64,000 nucleotides of DNA from positions 1,315 to 65,314 of the forward strand of contig CAIQAL010000028.1 of assembly GCA_903869825.1 (NCBI GenBank), read 5' to 3'. Shown in pieces: positions 9,893 to 19,732 of this stretch (within the stretch, counting starts at the first letter, position 1; every line of letters starts with the position of its first letter). The position numbers and the translations under genes are program-made. The stretch comes from an uncultured bacterium (GTDB taxonomy: Bacteria; Patescibacteriota; Minisyncoccia; Phycocordibacterales; UBA9973). The notes under the pieces are model-generated. The model had not been told where the DNA came from and searched no databases. It saw only the letters and a list, made by a program, of their open reading frames with translations.

Positions 9893-10397
9893 ATCTAAAC
9901 GACTCAGTATTTTTTTCTATCTCGTCAGCTTTAAAGATGCCACCATTCATGCAAATATATACTCCTGGCAGGATGCCGCTAAATGAACCCAAACTAAACC
10001 CTAGATTAAAAGATGCATCCGAGATAGAGAAACCAACAATCGGAATCATCGATCCGGTCAAAATAATTTTCTTGTTTACCTTTTCTTTAGCCGCTAAGTC
10101 CTCCAGAAATTTAGCCGTGTTCTTCATCGTAAAAGTCCCGTGTGTTATCAAAATGTTTTCCTCTTTTGCAGCTTTCACCGCAAGCCATAATTTATTTAAA
10201 TCTTCTTCCGTAATCTCCCGACTATCCTTTTCACACACAATCTCAATATCATAAGTAAAGTGAGGCTTAACTAGATTTTTCAAATAATTATCAATCGAAA
10301 CATCCAGTTTCATTAGTTTATTTATCTTCTCATAAGCTGGGTCCCTAAACTCTATCGTCCCTCCCATTTTTATAATGTGTATATTGTTTTTTTGCAT
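9885..10397 (-). CDS. asparaginase N-terminal-domain-like protein (short, 170 aa)
   Basis: IIKMGGTIEF and ILITHGTFTM motifs resembling asparaginase GGTI / HGTDT signatures. Confidence 0.4.
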   Translation of the reverse strand: MQKNNIHIIKMGGTIEFRDPAYEKINKLMKLDVSIDNYLKNLVKPHFTYDIEIVCEKDSREITEEDLNKLWLAVKAAKEENILITHGTFTMKNTAKFLEDLAAKEKVNKKIILTGSMIPIVGFSISDASFNLGFSLGSFSGILPGVYICMNGGIFKADEIEKNTESFRFE

Positions 10398-10414
10398 TCA
10401 TTTATTATACCAGC

Positions 10415-10942
10415 TTAAAGCTTTATCCAATACCTTAATTTATATATCCCCTCATTCTTGGTTTTGTTTTCAAATATCCCGCCATTTTTCTCGATAATTT
10501 TTTTTGAGCCGATATTTTTCTCGTCACAGGTAACCAATGCCTTTTTTATGCACAATTTTTTGGCTTTTTTTAATCCAAGACGAAGCATTTCTGTGCCATA
10601 ACCCTTCTTTCTCTCGCTTGGAACTACGGCATAACCAATATGCCCGCCCATCAGTAGTAAATTTTTATTTAACCGATGCCTTAAGTCTAATCGTCCTACA
10701 AATTTTTCCCCCACTACAGCCCAGTATAAAGTCGAAGGAACCCAATCTTTCCCTAGATTTATCCCTTTTCTTCTTTCAATCATTCTATTTTTGTAAATGT
10801 AGAAATCTTCAGGTGAATGAAACAAATTAGTTCCACCGCCGGCGGCTATTATTCTTTTGTCTTTTTCGTATTCTTTTTCCCCTTTCAAATATGAAAGTGC
10901 GTATTTTCTGTTTGGTAAAATTAGTTTTAATTTCTGTTTCAT
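10415..10942 (-). CDS. GNAT-family N-acetyltransferase
   Basis: acetyl-CoA binding pattern ...VVPSERKKGYGTEMLRLGL... Confidence 0.65.
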   Translation of the reverse strand: MKQKLKLILPNRKYALSYLKGEKEYEKDKRIIAAGGGTNLFHSPEDFYIYKNRMIERRKGINLGKDWVPSTLYWAVVGEKFVGRLDLRHRLNKNLLLMGGHIGYAVVPSERKKGYGTEMLRLGLKKAKKLCIKKALVTCDEKNIGSKKIIEKNGGIFENKTKNEGIYKLRYWIKL

Positions 10943-10949
10943 AATTAAA

Positions 10950-11543
10950 TTATCGGTCCAATTGTTCGTTTACTATTTTTTCTAATTCCTCTTCATTTGA
11001 AAATTTGAAAGACTTTATCCCGATGCTTTCTGCCGCTTTCAAATTCTTTTCTTGGTCATCAAAATAAATACATTCCTCCCCTTTAAGATTGTTCTCGGAC
11101 AAAATATGTTCCCAGGCCCGGACATCGGGCTTCAAAAAACCCGTCTGCCAAGAAAAGTAAACGCTGTCTACCGCTTCCCTCATCCAAGGATATTGATTAT
11201 AATAATCTGCTCGTTCTTTAAAATTATTTGAAAGAATAAAAACTTTAATTCCTCTTTCCCTCAAGTATTTGGCAAACACAATCATCTTATCGGACTTTAC
11301 TTCCGCTCCAAACCAATAACTCCAAAATTTGTTCTCAGTAATTTCTACTTTCCATTCCTTCAAAACTTCTTTCCAATAGAAAAAAGCGGGTTTTGCTCCT
11401 GGCTTCCTGACCTTCTCCATAATTTCTGAAAGCTTTGGTAAAAATGTCTCCTTCTCGACGCCAAAATCTTTGCTAAACCTATCGCTCAACCTTGGGCTTT
11501 GCAAAAATATTCCATTCAAATCAAAAATTACGGTTTTAATCAT
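10950..11543 (-). CDS. HAD-superfamily hydrolase
   Basis: N-terminal IKTVIFDLNGIF (DxD/DxN nucleophile motif), size 197 aa. Confidence 0.65.
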   Translation of the reverse strand: MIKTVIFDLNGIFLQSPRLSDRFSKDFGVEKETFLPKLSEIMEKVRKPGAKPAFFYWKEVLKEWKVEITENKFWSYWFGAEVKSDKMIVFAKYLRERGIKVFILSNNFKERADYYNQYPWMREAVDSVYFSWQTGFLKPDVRAWEHILSENNLKGEECIYFDDQEKNLKAAESIGIKSFKFSNEEELEKIVNEQLDR

Positions 11544-11547
11544 AAAA

Positions 11548-12135
11548 TTATGCTAACGGTTTAAACAATTCTTCAAGTTCTTTTCTCTTTTCTGAGTTGT
11601 ACTTTACTTCAAGAAATTTTATCATCGGTTCGGGGGAATAAAAATTTTCGGCTGTCACAGTATCTAAAAGTTTATCAAAATTCACAGGATAAAGTTTTAT
11701 TTTTTCTCCGGCATCGGGATTTATTTCTCCAACTTTTCTCAAGCCTTTCGCGATAAAAGTATACACGGCCCAATCAACTTTATTTATTGGCTGCTGAGCA
11801 TCTAATAAAATAAATTTTTCGGCTTCATAACCCGTTTCTTCAAGCATTTCCCTCTTCGCAGCAGAAAGAACATCTTCTCCTTCTTCTATCCGACCTCCAG
11901 GCGTATCAAAAGAGGGTATTCTGCCAGGCTGTTCTTGTTCCAGTAAGAGAATCCGTCCATCTGGGAGAATCGGAAATATCACAACGGTATCTGGTCTTTT
12001 GGCTTTTTCAAAAATTGTTTTAGTCCCGTTGAAAAGATTTTGTTCCCATTGATATACGTCAAAAAGTACCCCCTTAAATACCTTTTTGGCATTTTCTGGT
12101 ATCGGTTGTTTTGATTTTGGCCGTTCTATTTTCAT
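11548..12135 (-). CDS. NUDIX hydrolase (ADP-ribose pyrophosphatase-like)
   Basis: Nudix box GGRIEEGEDVLSAAKREMLEETG. Confidence 0.75.
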   Translation of the reverse strand: MKIERPKSKQPIPENAKKVFKGVLFDVYQWEQNLFNGTKTIFEKAKRPDTVVIFPILPDGRILLLEQEQPGRIPSFDTPGGRIEEGEDVLSAAKREMLEETGYEAEKFILLDAQQPINKVDWAVYTFIAKGLRKVGEINPDAGEKIKLYPVNFDKLLDTVTAENFYSPEPMIKFLEVKYNSEKRKELEELFKPLA

Positions 12136-12139
12136 AATT

Positions 12140-12886
12140 TTATTTTACTTGCGTTTTACTAATCTCAGCCACCACCGCCATATGATCACTAACCCCATCC
12201 GTTAATCTAACGCTTGAGGCTTCATACCCAGGAGTCGTAAAAAGACAATCTACCACAAACTGAATACCTTTTACTCTATGCAGATTCTGATCAATACTAG
12301 TTTTGTATTCTTCTGGAATGTTGTCTTTGTATTTTTCTGCCAAGAGTCTAAATGCCGCTCCCCCTCGAGGAGCATTTGTGTCACCACACAAAACAAATTC
12401 TCTGAAATCCTTTAGTTCTTTCAAAAGCGCTTCTATTGCTTCAAGCTGAAATGGAGTTACTTCTCCTTTATTAGTTACTGGCAATTGCGTCGTAACAAAT
12501 TTGAATACTTCTCCTTCACTATCTTTTACATTTGCCCACACAAAAGCCCTGTTTTTCTGAAATTCTTTCTCTTTCGAATATTCTTCAAATGACTTCGCCA
12601 TATTTTCTTTATTCCCAACGTAAAAAACCGATCCGGAATCAATAATATCTTTTGCAAAAATTCCTACTCCTTGCTTTTTGCCAGTCAATTGTGGATAGTT
12701 TTCCAAATTATTCCAGTAGCTCCATAATATATACACCCCGTCCATTTCCAATTCATTTTCAAAACGATGAAAATCTTCCTCCAAAAGCTCCTGCAAACAA
12801 ACAATATCTGGTCTTTCAATTTTAAGAAATTCTAAAACGGTATCTAAGTGCAAATTGTTTTCAATATTTAATGATATTAATTTCAT
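12140..12886 (-). CDS. endonuclease/exonuclease/phosphatase (EEP) family protein
   Basis: N-terminal LISLNIEN ... CLQE and C-terminal SDHMAV motifs typical of EEP fold. Confidence 0.65.
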   Translation of the reverse strand: MKLISLNIENNLHLDTVLEFLKIERPDIVCLQELLEEDFHRFENELEMDGVYILWSYWNNLENYPQLTGKKQGVGIFAKDIIDSGSVFYVGNKENMAKSFEEYSKEKEFQKNRAFVWANVKDSEGEVFKFVTTQLPVTNKGEVTPFQLEAIEALLKELKDFREFVLCGDTNAPRGGAAFRLLAEKYKDNIPEEYKTSIDQNLHRVKGIQFVVDCLFTTPGYEASSVRLTDGVSDHMAVVAEISKTQVK

Positions 12887-12904
12887 AGTTCTATTATACT
12901 AAAT

Positions 12905-13414
12905 TTATTTTCCTAAAACCTCCGTTATTGTTTTAGTTGTCAAAAATGACAACACATCAAAATCCGAGCTTGAAAGTCCGCACATGCCAAGGTCTGGCCT
13001 ATTAAAAATAGAAATATCATTCACTGCCTCCGAATTCCTAATCTTTTCAAACTCATTCTCAGAAATAATAAAATCGACATCCCCTACCTCAGGCCTTAAT
13101 TCGTCTGGCTTTCTGATATATAAATATTCATACTTCGTTTCCGGAATGTCATCATTCGCCGGAATAACAATTGGCTTATACAAGCGAAAGTATTTTCCGT
13201 AAAGACTATCGCGAAAATCCGTCAAGTCTTCCCCGAGTTCTGTCAGAAATTCATACTCCTTTTCATCATGACAAAATATTCCTAGGTTCCCAGCCACTGG
13301 AAGATACTTCCCTAGAGCAACGTGACATAATTTGAAACATTCTAAATGCACATACTTTATCGCGGCCATTAATATCTCTTTGTTTTCTATTGGATAAAAT
13401 CTTTTTGGTTTCAT
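12905..13414 (-). CDS. hypothetical protein
   Basis: 169-aa ORF in operon context, no recognisable motif. Confidence 0.4.
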   Translation of the reverse strand: MKPKRFYPIENKEILMAAIKYVHLECFKLCHVALGKYLPVAGNLGIFCHDEKEYEFLTELGEDLTDFRDSLYGKYFRLYKPIVIPANDDIPETKYEYLYIRKPDELRPEVGDVDFIISENEFEKIRNSEAVNDISIFNRPDLGMCGLSSSDFDVLSFLTTKTITEVLGK

Positions 13415-13419
13415 AAAAT

Positions 13420-14034
13420 TTATTTCCTTTTCTTATATTCTACAATTTTGCCGGCTTCGATTTCAATTTTGTCCGCCTTGCGGAGTTTTTTTAAAGCTTT
13501 TTTCGGAGCGATATTGTAATGTTTTATTTTATCCAGCTCTTGGTCTACCCCCCACAAATCACCTTCTACGGTCTCCCATCCTTTTTCAAAAACACTTAAG
13601 TCAAGCGGTACAGAATATTGTCGCAATGTTTTTACGCCGTTGTCCAAAAAATATTCGTGAAAATAGGACATCACGAGTTCCCGAATATTTTTATAAATCG
13701 GCTCACGATATCGGAGTACTGCGTGATTGGTTTTCGATAACGCTCCCCAGAGTCCTTCTTCTTTGAATAAAGCCACCACGTGATCAAAATCACCTTTGAT
13801 TGTCTTTAAATGAAGAATGAGGGGCTTGTGACCATGGCAAGATAAAATATATGCTCCAAGAATCGCCGCCTCCGTACAATGAGCCTTTTTTGTCCTCATA
13901 GTCAAAATCGGAGATTTCAGCATATCTCCTTTTTCCTCAAAATTGAACTCGAGTGTATTCAAATAATCTTGCACCTTAGCTGGAGTGGTTATTTTCATAA
14001 TCTGCTCAAGTTCTTTTTTAGTAAAGGTTAGCAC
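13420..14034 (-). CDS. hypothetical protein, possibly transglutaminase-like/papain-fold cysteine hydrolase
   Basis: AHCTEAAILGAYIL ... DFDHVVALF (Cys...His arrangement reminiscent of transglutaminase-like cores); weak. Confidence 0.35.
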   Translation of the reverse strand: MLTFTKKELEQIMKITTPAKVQDYLNTLEFNFEEKGDMLKSPILTMRTKKAHCTEAAILGAYILSCHGHKPLILHLKTIKGDFDHVVALFKEEGLWGALSKTNHAVLRYREPIYKNIRELVMSYFHEYFLDNGVKTLRQYSVPLDLSVFEKGWETVEGDLWGVDQELDKIKHYNIAPKKALKKLRKADKIEIEAGKIVEYKKRK

Positions 14035-14052
14035 GTTATAATTTTACCATTT

Positions 14053-14086
14053 AAAAAGCCCCGACCAAAGAGGTCGGGGCTTTTTC
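14053..14086. terminator. bidirectional rho-independent terminator
   Basis: aaaaagccccgacc-aaagag-gtcggggcttttt perfect GC-rich hairpin flanked by A- and T-runs. Confidence 0.7.
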
Positions 14087-14099
14087 TACAACTTCTTTC

Positions 14100-14348
14100 T
14101 TAGGAAAGATGCTTTGAGACCAATTTGGTCATTTCAAACATATCCACTAAAGCTTTTCCGCCAAATACCTTTTTCAAACTTTCGTCCGCAACAATATTCC
14201 TCTTTGCTTTTGGATCCTGCAGATTATTTTTCTTAATGTAAACCCAAAGTTTTTTTACTACTTCAGATCTTGGCATTGGGCCTTTCCCGACTACTACTGC
14301 GAGGTCTGCGCTGATATTAAGAGGCTTCATAAATGCTGATGTTGCCAT
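14100..14348 (-). CDS. SWIB/MDM2 domain protein
   Basis: 82 aa; SEVVKKLWVYIKKNNLQDP...KVFGG...MFEMTKLVSKHL matches SWIB domain pattern. Confidence 0.7.
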   Translation of the reverse strand: MATSAFMKPLNISADLAVVVGKGPMPRSEVVKKLWVYIKKNNLQDPKAKRNIVADESLKKVFGGKALVDMFEMTKLVSKHLS

Positions 14349-14422
14349 ATATTTTTTGTTTTACCCTTCGACAAAACCAAAGGGAAGTTAATTATAATAC
14401 TACTTAGAGATTATAACATTTT

Positions 14423-15967
14423 TTATTCAAATTCGGTAGTAGCTGGTGGTTTCGTGGTCCAATCGAACATTACCCTTACAATTTTGGGATGTTTAGAAAG
14501 AGCCCCCACGATTTCTTCGCAAATGTCTTTATTCAAATAAAAACCCTTCACTGTCATAAAGTCCGTCGTTTCAACTGTTCGAACCACCAAGGAATATCCG
14601 TAAACCCGACCGTCTCCTTTTACCCCGACTGTCTTTACTCCTAGAAGGGCGACAATTGTTTGAGAAATCGCATCATATAAATTATGTTTTTTTAAAATCT
14701 GAGCCACTTGGTAGTCAGCTTCTCTCACAATTTCCAACAATTCTTCTGTGACCGGCACTCCTATAATTCTCAAATAAAGACCGGGGCCAGGGAAAGGTTG
14801 TCGGCCAGAAATTAATTCTTCCAAGCCAAACTCCTTCGCAATCTCTCGAACTTCAAATTTAAAAAAGTCCGCGATCGGCATTATCTCCTTCAAGCCGAGA
14901 TCCAGGTAAACATTGTGATGAGTTTTTATCAAAGCAGATTCTCCCAGTCTTCCTGATTCAATTAAGTCCGTAGCCAAAGTCCCTTGGATCATATGAGTTG
15001 CTCCAAAAAATTGCGCAACTTCTTTGAATGTTTCTCCGTAAACTTCCCTAAATTTTTCTCTTTTTTCTTCTGCATCAATTGTCGAACCCACTTTCTCGAC
15101 AAATTTACTTTTATACTTATCAATCACTTCCAAATTAATTCCTGCCCGTTTGGCAATTTTTTTTACTTTTTCAACTTCTCCTTTTCGCATTCCTCCCGTA
15201 TCAATAAAGAAAGCCTTCAACTGGCTGCCTAGGGCCGGACCCAAAATAGAAGCAAGAGTGGTAGAATCCACTCCACCTGACACTCCGATGATTGCTTTAC
15301 CATTCCCTAAAATCTTTTTGGTATTTTCCGCAATTTCTTTAATAGTGTCTTTCCGCGAATAATTTTCCGTGCAACCACAAATATCTTTTACAAAATTACT
15401 TAAAATAATATTTTCATCATCGGTCTCTATCACTTCTGGATGGAATTGCACACCCCAGAGTCTTTCGTTCTCGCTTTCCATCGCTTCAATGACTTTCCCG
15501 TCTTTGGAAGTAGCTGTCACAACAAAGCCTTTTGGAACAATCCCCACAGAATCTCCGTGGCTAGACCAAGCATTTATCTTTTCCTTCAATCCTTGAAACA
15601 GAAAACTTTTTCTTTCGGTTAAAAAATTAATTTCAACCGGTCCGTAAGATTTCCCTTCCGTCACGTGATGAACGGAGTCTTTGTCGTGTGTATATGCAAG
15701 CCATTGCATTCCGAAGCAAATTCCCAAAATTGGTGTCTTGAAATTAAGCAACTCTTTTGGAATTTGTGGTGCCTTGGGGTCGTAAACACTCGCGCTTCCG
15801 CCGGAAAGGATAATCCCTTTCGGGAAATTTTCTTCAATCCAAGCTAAAGAATCTTCCGGTTTTAAAACTATCGACTTAAAACCCAGATACCGTAAACTAC
15901 GTCTGATTACTTCCGTATATTGAGAACCCAAGTCGACAATTAATATTTGAACCTTGGCATCTTTCAT
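14423..15967 (-). CDS. guaA: GMP synthase (glutamine-hydrolysing)
   Basis: N-terminal class-I GATase, SGGVDSTT PP-loop, C-terminal dimerisation domain, 514 aa. Confidence 0.9.
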   Translation of the reverse strand: MKDAKVQILIVDLGSQYTEVIRRSLRYLGFKSIVLKPEDSLAWIEENFPKGIILSGGSASVYDPKAPQIPKELLNFKTPILGICFGMQWLAYTHDKDSVHHVTEGKSYGPVEINFLTERKSFLFQGLKEKINAWSSHGDSVGIVPKGFVVTATSKDGKVIEAMESENERLWGVQFHPEVIETDDENIILSNFVKDICGCTENYSRKDTIKEIAENTKKILGNGKAIIGVSGGVDSTTLASILGPALGSQLKAFFIDTGGMRKGEVEKVKKIAKRAGINLEVIDKYKSKFVEKVGSTIDAEEKREKFREVYGETFKEVAQFFGATHMIQGTLATDLIESGRLGESALIKTHHNVYLDLGLKEIMPIADFFKFEVREIAKEFGLEELISGRQPFPGPGLYLRIIGVPVTEELLEIVREADYQVAQILKKHNLYDAISQTIVALLGVKTVGVKGDGRVYGYSLVVRTVETTDFMTVKGFYLNKDICEEIVGALSKHPKIVRVMFDWTTKPPATTEFE

Positions 15968-15968
15968 A

Positions 15969-16265
15969 TTACAATCCGAGATCTTTTATAGAATTAAGGA
16001 TGCTTGTTGAAGAAGGACTATTAATCGAATCTCCTCCTCCTAAAGAGTTAACATAATTATTCATAAACGAAGGAATCGCAAAAAATAAGCCTATAATCGG
16101 AAGAACCACTGCAATAATCGATACCCAAACAATCATTAAAAAGTACTTTCTGGTCTTTTCAACTGATGTAAAAATCGCGTCAATTTTCAAGCCCTGTTCT
16201 TCTATTTTCTTCTTTAATTCATCGTTTTCCATTTTTCTATTATATACTCCTTGATTAATTCCCAC
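15969..16265 (-). CDS. small membrane protein, hypothetical
   Basis: 98 aa, one central TM, immediately upstream of guaA. Confidence 0.4.
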   Translation of the reverse strand: MGINQGVYNRKMENDELKKKIEEQGLKIDAIFTSVEKTRKYFLMIVWVSIIAVVLPIIGLFFAIPSFMNNYVNSLGGGDSINSPSSTSILNSIKDLGL

Positions 16266-16469
16266 AAATTATATTATACTAGGCCCATGTACGATGAAAA
16301 TGAAAAAAATGAAGAAGAAAAAGACGAAAGAAATGTCTGTCCCCAGTGCGGGATTAGACAGTATGGTAAGTTTTGCCCCAATTGCAATATAGAAATAGAG
16401 CTAGAAGAAGATCCAGACAAAAAGAAAGAAGATGACTACGACGAATATGACCGACGAGAACGCAGATAA
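16251..16469 (+). CDS. small zinc-ribbon protein with acidic tail
   Basis: CPQCG...CPNCN four-Cys ribbon; may start at Met 16287. Confidence 0.4.
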   Translation: MINSHKLYYTRPMYDENEKNEEEKDERNVCPQCGIRQYGKFCPNCNIEIELEEDPDKKKEDDYDEYDRRERR

Positions 16470-16471
16470 AA

Positions 16472-16843
16472 CTATTGAGCTAACCTCAAAATTTCTATCC
16501 AAGGGAAACTCCAAAAGAAAATAAGAAGATATAGAATCATAAAAATAATTGGGATATTCATTTCAGTCATTGAAAAAGGTCTATATAATTTTCTATTCCT
16601 GCCTTTTCCAAGTAATTCCCATTCTGTTTCAAATAATGCCAAAGGGAGATTTCTTTCTGTGGAGTGGATCACTTTAAATTTTACCCTATCGAGTTGTCGA
16701 TAAGAATCTATTATTTTATACCAGGAGTAACAAATCGCCATCCCGACAAACGGAACCATCATAAAAATCATTGATTGCTCCACTGCCAAACCTTTTGTTT
16801 CCAGATATCCCAAAATTCCTATAATCGCAGTGTTGATTCCCAA
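16472..16843 (-). CDS. hypothetical membrane protein (possibly 5'-truncated)
   Basis: 123 aa, 2-3 TM; followed upstream by ~390 bp without long ORF. Confidence 0.3.
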   Translation of the reverse strand: MGINTAIIGILGYLETKGLAVEQSMIFMMVPFVGMAICYSWYKIIDSYRQLDRVKFKVIHSTERNLPLALFETEWELLGKGRNRKLYRPFSMTEMNIPIIFMILYLLIFFWSFPWIEILRLAQ

Positions 16844-17231
16844 GAAGAATTCATTTTATTTGAGCCTCCGTTCCGAGGTAGAATTAAAAATGTGAAGATA
16901 GATACGATATTGTTCTAGGTAATGATCAATATACCGATCAGCATGATTTTCTTTATGTGTCGTGTTTCGAGCATATAACAAATTATCTATCTCTTGTGGT
17001 TCCATATTCAAATATTAATGAAATTAATAAAATAAAGCAACTTCATTGTTCTTCTATTTTTCGTAATTATTAAATGCTGTTTGGTAAACCAATTTTCTTA
17101 GCGCCATATATTGCCTAATGGAAATAAAAACTCCAAAGAAAGCAATGATAAACAGTAGCACTATTATCGATTTTTTGTTCATACTTTGATGTTTTTAAAA
17201 AATATAAAAATAATGTTTTTTCCCATAAAAA

Positions 17232-17471
17232 CTACTCTACGATTTTACTTTCCACGTTTATCGTCTCATCTTTTTTTACTTCAGGTTTTGAAATTTTTTG
17301 TGCCAGTTTTGAAATTTTCCAGAAAAAAATCAACCCGATAAAAACCCCTATCAAAGTAATGATAAATAGAAACTTTCCCAAACCAAAAGGACCGCCCAGA
17401 ATATTGGTGTAGCCTAATAAATAGAACAAAATCAAAAAGAAAAAGAAAATTGTATTTCCAATTTTTTTCAT
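17232..17471 (-). CDS. small membrane protein, hypothetical
   Basis: 79 aa, two TM helices. Confidence 0.35.
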   Translation of the reverse strand: MKKIGNTIFFFFLILFYLLGYTNILGGPFGLGKFLFIITLIGVFIGLIFFWKISKLAQKISKPEVKKDETINVESKIVE

Positions 17472-17494
17472 CGTCGTTTTTAATTATATCACCT

Positions 17495-17926
17495 TTATCC
17501 GGTTACGTCTCTTAAGACCTCTTGGGCGTGTTCCTCAGGGCTAACTTTCGGATAAACTTTTTTAATTAAGCCGTCTTCGATAAAGTACGACACTCGTTTC
17601 GTTTCTCCCAGTAAACCAAGCGCACCATACATTTTAATTGCTTCCTTTTCTGGATCCGATAAAAGAGTAAAGGCCAGATTGTATTTCTTTCGAAACTTTC
17701 TGTGACTTTCCGGCGAATCCGAAGATACCCCTAAGACAGTTATTTTTTGCTTAGCAAAATCATTATATAGAGCCATAATTCCACAAGCTTCTTTGGTACA
17801 CCCCGGAGTATCATCTTTTGGATAAAAATACAAAAAAACTTTCCCTGAATAGTCAGAAAGTTTCCGAATATTGTCATCTTGATCAATGAGGATAAAGTCT
17901 AAAATTTTAGTATTTTCTTTCAGCAT
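17495..17926 (-). CDS. bcp: thiol peroxidase / peroxiredoxin Bcp-like
   Basis: DDTPGCTKEACG peroxidatic Cys motif of AhpC/TSA family. Confidence 0.8.
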   Translation of the reverse strand: MLKENTKILDFILIDQDDNIRKLSDYSGKVFLYFYPKDDTPGCTKEACGIMALYNDFAKQKITVLGVSSDSPESHRKFRKKYNLAFTLLSDPEKEAIKMYGALGLLGETKRVSYFIEDGLIKKVYPKVSPEEHAQEVLRDVTG

Positions 17927-17981
17927 CTTATAGAGTAGTACAAAAAACTTGTCTTATTTATTTCAATTCGAGTAGATTTAT

Positions 17982-19412
17982 TTACCTTCTAATTTTTATT
18001 TTCCTTTTTCTACTATTTTCAAACTTTTTTAAACTTGCCATCCGAAGAACAAAATCAGTTTGTAATTTTTCCTGTTCTTTTTTTGAAAGTTTCCCAAAAA
18101 GTTTTTGATTATCTTCACTTTCGTTTTGAAAACTTTCATCCAATTCCAAAACTTTTGGATTCGGTAAAAGTGCATCTCGGTGGAAACCCATCAACCGCAC
18201 CCCAGCCAAGGTCCGAACCCGGGAAAGAGCAACGTAACCCATCCCATAGGCAAAAGTCTTTGATAAGTCCATTTCAGCACAATCTAGGCTCATTCCTTGG
18301 CTTTTGTGAATAGTTATCGCCCATGCAAGTCGAAGCGGAAGCTGTGAAATTATTGCTTTCCTTTTACCATTTTCTTCAATTACCCACTCTTCCGGAATGA
18401 CCGAAATTTCATTTCCATTATAAAGTTTTATTACCGGGCTCCTATCGGATAAAAAAGTATAGACTTTTCCTCTTGTTCCATTAACATATCCCTTTTCAAA
18501 ATTATTTTTTAAAAACATTACCTCTGCCCCAATCTTCAGTCGAAGTTTCTCTGGAGCCAAGCAACTTTTTTTAAGAGCTTCAACAAGTCCGACGGAACCA
18601 GAACCTTCCATTTCAAAAATTCTTTCGTTTCCTCCGATTTTGTCTAAATGTCTCTGATTAATTATATCCACGTCAATGTTGTGAGTATAGAGCCTAGTTG
18701 GTTCAACTCCGAGCGGAAATTTCACATCAAGCCTGCTTTCAATAGTTTCAAATTGTTTTTTTGTTATACTTCCGGCCCGAATAGCATTTAGGATTTCTAA
18801 AAATCTCGCATCCTCTTGCCGGAATTGTTCAGTTAAATAACAAATCGCTGGCCGCATAGTTCGCCAAGCACGAGAATGAACCAACATTTCTTTTCCTTTT
18901 TCGTTCAACTCATCTTCTTTGTAAAATCCCAACTGAATTTCTTTTTCTTTGTATTCTTCTTTAGGATAATTTTTAACAACCGGAGGCAACTGAAAAAAAT
19001 CACCGGCTAAAATGACTTGGATCCCGCCAAATGGTTTTTCATTTCTTTTAAAATGTCGACAAATCCATTCCACCATATCGAGCCGTTTTGCATCAAGCAT
19101 TGAAACTTCATCTATAATTAGAACATTCGTATGCTGAATCCGTTTCAACAGGTATTCTTTCCCTTCCATCATTTCCAAATCATATTCCGTCATTCGATCT
19201 TTTATCCCAATCCCCGCCCAGGCGTGAATCGTCATTCCCCCCATATGAGTCGCCGCAATTCCAGTTGAAGCGGTCACTGCCACCGGAATATTTTCATCAT
19301 GCAAGTAGCTAATATATTGGTTCAAGAGATGCGTCTTTCCGGACCCAGCCGAACCCGTCAAAAAAACGTTCATTCCGGACTTTAAAATTTCGAGAGCTTC
19401 CTTTTGAGTCAT
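17982..19412 (-). CDS. PIF1/RecD-family ATP-dependent DNA helicase
   Basis: Walker A GSAGSGKTHLL, Walker B LIIDEVSM, C-terminal helicase motifs (ITIHKSQGMS). Confidence 0.75.
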   Translation of the reverse strand: MTQKEALEILKSGMNVFLTGSAGSGKTHLLNQYISYLHDENIPVAVTASTGIAATHMGGMTIHAWAGIGIKDRMTEYDLEMMEGKEYLLKRIQHTNVLIIDEVSMLDAKRLDMVEWICRHFKRNEKPFGGIQVILAGDFFQLPPVVKNYPKEEYKEKEIQLGFYKEDELNEKGKEMLVHSRAWRTMRPAICYLTEQFRQEDARFLEILNAIRAGSITKKQFETIESRLDVKFPLGVEPTRLYTHNIDVDIINQRHLDKIGGNERIFEMEGSGSVGLVEALKKSCLAPEKLRLKIGAEVMFLKNNFEKGYVNGTRGKVYTFLSDRSPVIKLYNGNEISVIPEEWVIEENGKRKAIISQLPLRLAWAITIHKSQGMSLDCAEMDLSKTFAYGMGYVALSRVRTLAGVRLMGFHRDALLPNPKVLELDESFQNESEDNQKLFGKLSKKEQEKLQTDFVLRMASLKKFENSRKRKIKIRR

Positions 19413-19438
19413 TTTTCTATTATATCGTATAACATTCT

Positions 19439-19681
19439 TTAAAGTTTTTCACGTTGACTTTCTTTTTTTTCTGAAACTATTTCTATCTCTTTTGGAATAA
19501 CCAAGACCATAAAAACATACGAGATAATCCCTGGGAGTAACCCGGTAAAAACAGTGATAATAATATAGGCTACCCGGATCATAACCGGGTCAATGTCAAA
19601 ATATACCCCGATTCCACCCATTACCCCAGCGATTACCTTATTATCTTGGCTTCTATGTAATCTTTTTTTGTATGTTTTCAT
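19439..19681 (-). CDS. PspC-domain membrane protein
   Basis: VIAGVMGGIGVYFDIDPVMIRVAYIIITVF PspC signature. Confidence 0.7.
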   Translation of the reverse strand: MKTYKKRLHRSQDNKVIAGVMGGIGVYFDIDPVMIRVAYIIITVFTGLLPGIISYVFMVLVIPKEIEIVSEKKESQREKL

Positions 19682-19732
19682 ATTTATGATTTACTACAAC
19701 TTTAAATACTTTTCTAGTTCGTTTCTTTATTC

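Noticed and set aside
14984-15847. Several 60-82-aa + strand ORFs
   Set aside because: All are antisense and internal to guaA; low-complexity translations typical of spurious ORFs.
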